Source of the DNA: Fibrobacteria bacterium
Lineage (GTDB): Bacteria > Fibrobacterota > Chitinivibrionia > Chitinivibrionales > FEN-1185
Direction: 5' to 3'
NCBI GenBank assembly: GCA_037447435.1
Contig: JBBIGR010000069.1
Location: 1,250 to 14,824, forward strand
DNA length: 13,575 bases
The notes under the pieces are model-generated. The model saw only the letters and a list, made by a program, of their open reading frames with translations. It was not told where the DNA came from and did not search any database. Shown here one piece after another: positions 1-8,575 of this stretch (positions are counted from its first letter, which is position 1; every line of letters begins with the position of its first letter). A program made the translations under genes and the position numbers.

Positions 1-2
1 AA

Positions 3-842
3 TGGGTTGTTGACGAAGTTCGAGAGGCAGCAAAGAATGTTTATGGGCAAGAAATTCAGCTAGCGCAAGCACGCCTTCAACGTAAAATAAACAACAGATT
101 ATCTGAACTCCCTGAATACAAGAGGGCTTTTGCTGAAAAAGCTTTACATCGTCTTCTACAAAAATATTATAATGAACCAGAAGAAAAACTTGAACCTATT
201 GTCAATGTTATCCTCGAGGCTATTGAAAATGATGACTACTATTTCATAATTGCCAAAATCGACAAGGCTAAGCACGAAGATATTGAATCGTTTGCGAAGG
301 CTTTAGAAGAATCAAGTTTATTTGAAATGTCAATAATGCAACAACAAATAAAATACAGACTTCATTTAATAAATGAAGTCGACGAAATAGTTAAGAATCC
401 ACAAACTTTAGAAAAACATGTTCATCAAGTCTTCGAAAATCGCCTTTGGATTTTAGGCCCTGAATATTCTCTTAAAGCATCGAATATCTCATTAAAAAGA
501 ATTACAGAAGAGTATTTATCTTCAAATTATATTGGAAATAAAGCGTCTAAGAGACCGGATTTACTTCTATCTAATGATTTGTTTGGGGAACATACTTTGA
601 TAGAATTTAAACGACCAAACCATACTCTAACGTTTGATGATTATACTCAAGCTATCAGTTATAGAAATGAATTGTTATCAAAATTACAGAATATAGAAAT
701 TATTATAATAGGTGGAAAAAGAAATAATGGGTTACAAACTGCATTTACTGAGACCAAGGTTAAATTTATGGCTTTTGAAGAAATTATTTCAAACGCAAGG
801 GCACAATATGACTGGCTTATTAAGCAATTTACCCAAAATTAG
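3..842 (+). CDS. 5'-truncated protein with C-terminal PD-(D/E)XK nuclease domain (Shedu/DUF4263-like; probably the C-terminus of a GHKL-ATPase-nuclease fusion)
   Basis: The frame of ORF 327..842 is open back to position 3 (WVVDEVREAAKNVYGQEIQLAQARLQ...), so the true start lies outside the window. Motifs: EKHVHQVFENRLWILGPEY, RPDLLL, LIEFKRP, QAISY (QxxxY) and a hydrophobic strand IIIIGG. A helical region precedes them. The ATPase part is inferred, not visible. Confidence 0.75.
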   Translation, partial: WVVDEVREAAKNVYGQEIQLAQARLQRKINNRLSELPEYKRAFAEKALHRLLQKYYNEPEEKLEPIVNVILEAIENDDYYFIIAKIDKAKHEDIESFAKALEESSLFEMSIMQQQIKYRLHLINEVDEIVKNPQTLEKHVHQVFENRLWILGPEYSLKASNISLKRITEEYLSSNYIGNKASKRPDLLLSNDLFGEHTLIEFKRPNHTLTFDDYTQAISYRNELLSKLQNIEIIIIGGKRNNGLQTAFTETKVKFMAFEEIISNARAQYDWLIKQFTQN

Positions 843-1058
843 AATCGTGCAAAAGCCTGGACAGAAATTAATGATAAACGTGAAAATGAAATGATTAATA
901 ATATTCGCAATTACAGCTTAAAGCATAGGTTTAATAGGGGGTTGTTCATAATCGGAGCAGCACACAGAAAATCAATTATAAATAAACTACAGAAAGATGC
1001 TGGGATAGAATATGTAAAATTGAATTGGAATTATAGTAATTATGACAATATATTATGA
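843..1058 (+). pseudogene. In-frame C-terminal gene fragment, TraB/GumN/Tiki(EreA-ChaN)-superfamily-like
   Basis: After TAG 840-842 the same frame continues stop-free: NRAKAWTEINDKRENEMINNIRNYSLKHRFNRGLFIIGAAHRKSIINKLQKDAGIEYVKLNWNYSNYDNIL* (TGA 1056-1058). RENEMINNI...LFIIGAAH fits the R-x3-M-x3-I...hhhGxxH C-terminal motif. No N-terminal part is present, and the only ATG is at 891. Confidence 0.55.
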
Positions 1059-1063
1059 AGGGC

Positions 1064-1145
1064 AACCAACGTACTACATGGCAAGACTAGCTCGCATCAC
1101 ACACTCAAATGCTGAGGCAGTTTTGCCTTGCGGGAAACGTTACCC
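1064..1145 (-). mobile_element. attC-like (integron cassette recombination site-like) imperfect inverted repeat
   Basis: Minus strand: GGGTAAC-GTTTC-CCGCAAGGCAAAACT...AGTCTTGCCATGTAG-TAC-GTTGGTT. It has AAC...GTT ends, 11/15 arm complementarity and an inner CTC/GCAT..ATGC/GAG stem. The TAA of the MNT-HEPN gene sits in the TAAC. Confidence 0.45.
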
Positions 1146-2003
1146 AAAACTCTCAATCTTCTCTTTACACTTCTTCCTTGTCAGCCTCTCCAGCTTTTTC
1201 ACCTTATCACCCAAGTATTCCAATTCTTTCCGAGTAATTTTGTAACCCTTTTTATACCTGGCATCGATGTAAGCTTTTTTGAGAAGATCGAAGAGACGCT
1301 TTTCTTCAGGGGTAGAATTGGGAATGACTTTTAAGAAAGCAGGGTCGAGTGCATTGACCTGTTTGCCCAGTTTTTCCAGGTCATGAATCTTTGGTTTGTA
1401 ATGCGTGTAAACAAGGAGCGTGGTAGAGTATAAAGCTTCTGTGGCTTGATGAAGTTCAAATGCTGCTTTTCGATTACGTCTTTTTAAAAGATTGCTGTTA
1501 AAATCGTCATAAAATTCTCTCGCGTTCTTAAACCAATATTTAAAATCTTCTTCGGCAACTTTCTTTCGTTCCTCAGAGCTTAATTTTCGCGGCTTGGCAA
1601 GCTTTGTTTCCCCGGAACCGAAAAGCATGATTCCTTGCTTGTAAATGTCGGCAAAGAAATACTCGCCATGTTCGATTTTGTTATTTAAAAAGTCGATATC
1701 ATGGAGAATGATATTGACCCATGTTTTGCTCGCATGGGTTTTGGTAATTTGGGATTCGAATTTGTCTTCAGTTCCTCGCCTATAGGCGTCTCGGGGATCC
1801 TTGGGCACAACCAGAATATCGTAATCGCTTTTGTATTCGTAGATCGTATGCCCTTCGGTGTAAACATCCTCAACCCAATCGCCGCGTGCGTACGAGCCGA
1901 ACAATATCACCATATGCGTGTCTATTGTTTCGCAAATAATCTTTGCAATTGCGCGCAGCTCCGAGCGTTTGTGGATTGGAAGATGGGAGAGGGTCTTTTT
2001 CAT
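1140..2003 (-). CDS. Fused minimal nucleotidyltransferase (MNT) - HEPN domain protein (toxin-antitoxin-related)
   Basis: N-terminal ILFGSYARGDW...KSDYDILVV is the pol-beta NTase GS...DxD motif. The C-terminal HEPN helices read AAFELHQATE, KIHDLEKL, KAYIDARY. Start placed at ATG 2003 (MKKTLSHLP), giving 287 aa, because the ORF-track extension to 2093 runs through AT-rich promoter-like DNA. Confidence 0.88.
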   Translation of the reverse strand: MKKTLSHLPIHKRSELRAIAKIICETIDTHMVILFGSYARGDWVEDVYTEGHTIYEYKSDYDILVVPKDPRDAYRRGTEDKFESQITKTHASKTWVNIILHDIDFLNNKIEHGEYFFADIYKQGIMLFGSGETKLAKPRKLSSEERKKVAEEDFKYWFKNAREFYDDFNSNLLKRRNRKAAFELHQATEALYSTTLLVYTHYKPKIHDLEKLGKQVNALDPAFLKVIPNSTPEEKRLFDLLKKAYIDARYKKGYKITRKELEYLGDKVKKLERLTRKKCKEKIESFG

Positions 2004-2159
2004 GGTTGTAAGAGTAAAATACAATATCAAATTGTGCGAATTTAAAACATTTATCGTTTTTAAATTTTTTGTGCAACCCCAACCGCACTGCAATGGATGC
2101 TCCTACCATTGGGTTATCCGTTACTTCGGATTGCCATTTGAAATGATTCCTGCCTCCTG

Positions 2160-4400
<2,241 letters not shown>

Positions 4401-4420
4401 TTAAAAAAGGGGAAAAATGA

Positions 4421-4996
4421 TTACCAATTCTCTGACAGAATTTCAAAATGAGCCTGCGGGTGGACGCACGCGGGGCAGGTTCCGGGAGCTTCAGTACCTT
4501 CATGAATATAGCCACAATTACGGCACCGCCACATCACTTTGTCGGCTTTCTTGAAAACAGTTTCAGCTTCCACATTTTTGAGTAATCCTGCGTACCGTTT
4601 CTCATGTTGTTTTTCGGCAATAGAAATCTTCTCGAAGACAACGGCAACAGCAGACAATCCCTCATCTCTTGCCTTCGCAGCAAATGCCGGATACAGACCC
4701 GTCCATTCTTCATGCTCACCACCTGCTGCTGCTTTAAGGTTCTCGGCAGTAGTTCCTATCGAACCAGCAGGAAAGGATGCCATGATTTCAACGATGCCGC
4801 CTTCGAGGAATGAAAAGAACCGTTTTGCATGTTCCTTCTCCTGATTGGCGGTCTCTTCAAAAATGTCTGCAATCTGTACAAACCCTTCTTTTCGAGCTGC
4901 CCCGGCAAAATACGTATAACGGTTTCTGGCCTGCGATTCCCCAGCAAATGCTTTGAGAAGATTCTTTTCGGTTTCGGTGCCTTTTAAGCTCGCCAT
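4421..4996 (-). CDS. rbr: Rubrerythrin
   Basis: MASLKGTETEKNLLKAFAGESQARNRY. Di-iron ligands are in QEKEHA, EHEE and EKQHE, and the C-terminal rubredoxin domain is WRCRNCG...CPACVHP. Start at ATG 4996 with SD GAAGGAG, giving 191 aa. Confidence 0.96.
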   Translation of the reverse strand: MASLKGTETEKNLLKAFAGESQARNRYTYFAGAARKEGFVQIADIFEETANQEKEHAKRFFSFLEGGIVEIMASFPAGSIGTTAENLKAAAGGEHEEWTGLYPAFAAKARDEGLSAVAVVFEKISIAEKQHEKRYAGLLKNVEAETVFKKADKVMWRCRNCGYIHEGTEAPGTCPACVHPQAHFEILSENW

Positions 4997-4997
4997 G

Positions 4998-5414
4998 TTA
5001 TCGCTCCTTCTTTTTTGGTGATTGGTTTTTATTCTTATTCTGACAGTTTTCACATATCCCATAAAATTGCAAATGGTGTCTCATGATTTTGAATTTGGTA
5101 TGCTTGAGCGCCAGCTTGTCGATTTCGGTGAAACTTGGCAGTCCAAGATCCTGTACGCTACCACACTCTTCACAAACAAGATGATAATGCCCCGAAGTAT
5201 CGCCATCAAAGCGATCTGAATTGCTGCCTATCGGCATTCGCTGAATTTTCCCTTGATCGGCAAGGAGATTAAGGTTTCGATATACGGTTCCAAGACTCAG
5301 ATTAGGCATTTCCGGCTTGAGCCTTTGATAGACCCAATCCGCAGTCGGATGCGCCTTGGTTTCCTTGAGCACCTCAAGGATTCGTTCCCGCTGTTTGCTT
5401 CGCTTGAAGTTCAT
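4998..5414 (-). CDS. perR: Fur-family transcriptional repressor, PerR-like
   Basis: Motifs: HPTADWVY, NLSLGTVYRNL, RFD, HYHLVCEECG, VQD (Asp at the PerR D104-equivalent position) and CENC. It is the first gene of an operon with rbr and katG. Start is ATG 5414 or TTG 5420. Confidence 0.85.
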   Translation of the reverse strand: MNFKRSKQRERILEVLKETKAHPTADWVYQRLKPEMPNLSLGTVYRNLNLLADQGKIQRMPIGSNSDRFDGDTSGHYHLVCEECGSVQDLGLPSFTEIDKLALKHTKFKIMRHHLQFYGICENCQNKNKNQSPKKKER

Positions 5415-5442
5415 AGGCAATTCTATTGAAGTTTAATTTCGA

Positions 5443-5488
5443 TAATAGTTACTATTACTAATATTGTTTTTTGCAATGGCCATGTCAA
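5443..5488 (-). promoter_or_regulatory. sigma70-type promoter of perR-rbr-katG with overlapping palindromic operator
   Basis: Minus strand: perfect TTGACA (5488-5483), 17-bp spacer, AATATT (5465-5460). A perfect 7-1-7 palindrome TAATAGT-T-ACTATTA lies at 5443-5457, within an imperfect 8-3-8 AATAGTTA-CTA-TTACTAAT (5444-5462). Confidence 0.7.
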
Positions 5489-5570
5489 GTTTTGCCACAG
5501 AAGACACTTGAATGAAAGAGGGGGTTGCTTGTTCGGTCAACGCAACACTATTGTGACCGATTGAAGTACA

Positions 5571-6263
5571 TTAACGCCGGAAATGATATAGGCCATGATA
5601 GTATTGGATCGGTCGATTGATCCACTCCGATTTGGGTATGACATCCCGGAGTTGAACATTTTCTGATTGATCTGCTTGGTACGAGTAGAGAGTCTCATGC
5701 AAAATATCTTTTGTAAACTGACCAGACGTTAGAAGACGAGGAAATTCATCAAGCATTAGTCCTTTGGTAACATACTTTAACTCAGAGACTCCGCATCTCA
5801 TTTTGTCATTCGACCAAATCCTGAATCCAAATCTTTGCCAGAAGGCCCTTCGCTTTGCTGCCAGTGTTTGTTGAATCTTGTCAGAGTTGTTCTGGTCATC
5901 AACATTGGATATCTCGCCAGTGATATCAATCGAAACATGAGTGCTGTAAAAGGGCTTAAGAAACTGGATTCCTGTATTGACCGCACATGTAGCCATACCC
6001 TTTCCGTGAAAGAAGGGGTATTCTTCACAGTATTTATTGCCTTGTAGGTCAATCCTACAGGAATACTCGTTCATTGCGATTCGTAAGCTGGTTTGCACCA
6101 ATCGCTTCGAATTATCCGGTCCCACGGCTGCAATTTCAACAGTTATGCTGACCAGAGGCTTTACCTCTACAACAACTGCTGCCCCATAATTACCGAATCG
6201 CTCCCATGTATAAAGGCCTCTTTCGAACCCCTTGGGATTGCAGGTATCAGTATTATTATCCAT
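5571..6263 (-). CDS. Hypothetical protein, GNAT-like acetyltransferase fold
   Basis: FHGKGMAT resembles acetyl-CoA motif A and RRAFWQRFGF resembles motif B (FY/W-xx-xGF). Start placed at ATG 6263 (MDNNTDT) behind a GGGGGG SD-like tract, giving 230 aa. Confidence 0.55.
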   Translation of the reverse strand: MDNNTDTCNPKGFERGLYTWERFGNYGAAVVVEVKPLVSITVEIAAVGPDNSKRLVQTSLRIAMNEYSCRIDLQGNKYCEEYPFFHGKGMATCAVNTGIQFLKPFYSTHVSIDITGEISNVDDQNNSDKIQQTLAAKRRAFWQRFGFRIWSNDKMRCGVSELKYVTKGLMLDEFPRLLTSGQFTKDILHETLYSYQADQSENVQLRDVIPKSEWINRPIQYYHGLYHFRR

Positions 6264-6467
6264 AGGAACCCCCCGACTTCTGCCTACGGCGATTAGATGG
6301 GACGTACATCTGTCGGGGATCAATACTATTGGGCACTGTGCCCCGTTTACGGGCGAAACAGGGACGATTTGAAGGAGTTGAAACAAAACAACTGTCTTGG
6401 GTGTCAAGGCCTTGGAGGCAAGCGAGGAACCGAATGAAGCGCGAAAGTTCTATTCAAATAGTCCGGT

Positions 6468-7034
6468 CTATCTCTTTATCCAAACATGAGTGATTTCCCC
6501 GAATACGTATTTGCGATAATGAGTTTCCTCTTTGTATGCATCGTTCACATAGTCTCTGGCTTCCTGCGTACAAAACTCATTTGGACTAGGGGTAGTAAGC
6601 TGCGTTAATTTGCATTCAAAAATCAACCGCGCTTCTTTGAATGACATATCCCCGGAAGGGGTTAAAACACTTGTCAACTTAACTTCTTTCATCTTCTTGC
6701 TATCTCGTCCTGATTTACTTCCCAGAAAGAGCATTTGTGCCCTATATTCATTCGGGAAGTAAGACAGCGTATATGTCCGCTCTTTTTCAATCAATTCGAG
6801 TGTATAACGGTCTGCTCGAATAATGCACCAGATGGTTGGCTTTTTGAAAAGAACCGCCAAGCCTCCTCCACTGCCTATCATGGAATTGTAATGGTTTTCC
6901 TTGCCCGCAGTAATCGCGTAGAAATCTTTTCCTACCAATTTAAAAACATTGTCGGATATCTCTTCGGGCGAAATTTGTTTGAACAATTGATCAAAGGTCA
7001 TCTCTTTGATATTTGCAGGATTTGTCTCTTTCAT
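6468..7034 (-). CDS. Flavin reductase-like (flavoredoxin / FMN-binding split-barrel) protein
   Basis: Motifs: ITAG...NSMIGSGGG, RYTLELIE...YTLSYF, LGSKSGRDSKK, FKEARLIFECK, YVFGEI. Start ATG 7034 (MKETNP) with SD AAGGGGG. Confidence 0.85.
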   Translation of the reverse strand: MKETNPANIKEMTFDQLFKQISPEEISDNVFKLVGKDFYAITAGKENHYNSMIGSGGGLAVLFKKPTIWCIIRADRYTLELIEKERTYTLSYFPNEYRAQMLFLGSKSGRDSKKMKEVKLTSVLTPSGDMSFKEARLIFECKLTQLTTPSPNEFCTQEARDYVNDAYKEETHYRKYVFGEITHVWIKR

Positions 7035-7101
7035 TTTCTGCCCCCTTGCGCTTAACCCTAAAAGTGCTAGCCAAATATGCTTGCCGCCAAGTCCCAGATG
7101 T

Positions 7102-7749
7102 CTATTTTGGTGCAATTAGTCTGACACCTAAATCAAATGCTTTTTGCAAATTCTCAGTCGATATCTTTTCGACTCGATTAGATTTTTCTTCTATATCCGA
7201 CATCAGGTAAACGTACTTTGAATAATCTTCAAACAGAACGGTATTTGTTAAAGTCAATAGTTCGCAACTTCCCAATGTGTGGCCCATCATTTCTGTAAAG
7301 AAAACTAAAGTATCCTTGAACCCTCTTTTGACATAAATATCATCATTCACATTCATCGTTGCAATTAAGGCTGTCTTAAAGTGTTTGGGTTTTGGCCCTG
7401 CACCCGTATGACCATAATCAAGATATTGAAAAAGCAATCTATCCGTAAATGAACGCATTTGACCTGATAGATTTCCATAATAAATTGGAGAACCAAGGAC
7501 AATTACATCTGCCCCCTCAATACGTCGCAGTAAAGGCTTTAGATCATCATCTACCACGCAATGCCCAAAAGATTTACTGTCTTTCAATTTGCAAGCATAG
7601 CAACTGATACAGTCTTTGTAGCTTAGGTCAAAAAGATTCACAAATTCAGTTTCAGCACCTACTGATTTTGCGCCTTCAATAGTTTGGTGTAACATTTTTG
7701 CGGTATTGCCATGTTTTCTTGCACTACCACAAACAGCTATAAGCTTCAC
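7102..7749 (-). CDS. Flavodoxin-fold NAD(P)H-dependent FMN reductase / iron-sulfur flavoprotein
   Basis: GSARKHGNT is the FMN phosphate loop, CISCYAC-x10-C is a Cys cluster, and ADVIVLGSPIYYG is also present. The GTG start overlaps the upstream TGA (GTGA at 7749-7746). Confidence 0.9.
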   Translation of the reverse strand: MKLIAVCGSARKHGNTAKMLHQTIEGAKSVGAETEFVNLFDLSYKDCISCYACKLKDSKSFGHCVVDDDLKPLLRRIEGADVIVLGSPIYYGNLSGQMRSFTDRLLFQYLDYGHTGAGPKPKHFKTALIATMNVNDDIYVKRGFKDTLVFFTEMMGHTLGSCELLTLTNTVLFEDYSKYVYLMSDIEEKSNRVEKISTENLQKAFDLGVRLIAPK

Positions 7750-8477
7750 TTTTTCACCGCCTTCACAGTCAGGCGCAATGAACCATCAAATGAAGGGTGA
7801 AAAACATCCACGGTTAATCCTTCATTTGCGAAAATTTCACCGTATTCTTTTGTGTGTGATTTGTCGGTAATGATCGCAGTTCCATTCGGTTTCAAGACTC
7901 TCGTTATTTCCCGGCAGGCATTATCTCGTCCATCTTTAGTAGGGATGTTGTGGATACAAAGATTGGAGAGAACCACGTCAAATGTATCATTGGGAAAGGA
8001 CATGCTTCGCACATCTTCATTTCTTACTTCAACTTTATCAAGGACTCCCTCAAGCTCTGCATTTCTCATGGTGTTTTGATACGCATTGCCGTGCATATCT
8101 TCAGAATTCCAAATATCAATGCCGGTGCTCTTTCCCACAGTCATCTTTTTAGCAGCACCAATCATCAAAAGTCCCCGTCCGGTGCCGATATCAAGGACTT
8201 TTTCATTTCCTTTCCAATCGATCATGGAAAGCATCTTGTCCCTGCGATGTAGTTTGCCGAACTTAACGTAAAAAAAATATGAACCACAAATAAGAACTAT
8301 GAACAAACCGCAAAGCATAAGAACAGCGCATACAATCTTCAGGGCGAGACTAGGAAAAGTAATTAAAGCTATTCCTCCGCCAAAACAAACTACTCCCGCA
8401 AAACAGGCAATTGTGACACCGAGAGGTGAACCATCAAAACCATAATCCGCTTTGGATTTCAGTATGCTCTTTGTCAT
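7746..8477 (-). CDS. Membrane-anchored class I SAM-dependent methyltransferase
   Basis: Motif I VLDIGTGRG, GIDIW, FPNDTFDVVLSNLCIHNI, RVLKPNG. There are two N-terminal hydrophobic helices and an SD GGAGG. Confidence 0.9.
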   Translation of the reverse strand: MTKSILKSKADYGFDGSPLGVTIACFAGVVCFGGGIALITFPSLALKIVCAVLMLCGLFIVLICGSYFFYVKFGKLHRRDKMLSMIDWKGNEKVLDIGTGRGLLMIGAAKKMTVGKSTGIDIWNSEDMHGNAYQNTMRNAELEGVLDKVEVRNEDVRSMSFPNDTFDVVLSNLCIHNIPTKDGRDNACREITRVLKPNGTAIITDKSHTKEYGEIFANEGLTVDVFHPSFDGSLRLTVKAVKK

Positions 8478-8575
8478 TATTTCCTCCTGCCAATAAAGTA
8501 GTACGTCGTAACTGTCGCATCTTGAATGAAGATCTAAGCATTATTACTTACCCTGCGCCTTGAATAAAAGTGGAT

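Noticed and set aside
712..1334. Plus-strand ORFs 712..894, 1042..1245 and 1128..1334
   Set aside because: They overlap better-supported genes or the hairpin, have no motifs, and are alternative-frame or antisense shadows.
2004..2093. N-terminal extension of the MNT-HEPN ORF
   Set aside because: It has a non-ATG start and crosses AT-rich promoter-like DNA. MKKTLSHLP at 2003 is a more plausible start.
2091..2131. Small hairpins CAATGG/CCATTG and ATCCG/CGGAT downstream of katG
   Set aside because: The stems are short with no U-tract and too small for attC, so they cannot be called a terminator or ncRNA.
4997..5062. Rubrerythrin N-terminal extension to 5062
   Set aside because: It overlaps perR. 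A clear SD and the family-typical start lie at 4996.
6264..7115. Long versions of ORFs 5571..6407 and 6468..7115
   Set aside because: The extensions cross structured intergenic DNA or overlap the neighbouring gene. SD-preceded ATGs at 6263 and 7034 are preferred.
8517..8570. Repeated CTTGAAT(G/A)AA at 8521 and 8559 (also near 5507)
   Set aside because: The repeats are short, AT-rich and non-palindromic, so they are compatible with chance.
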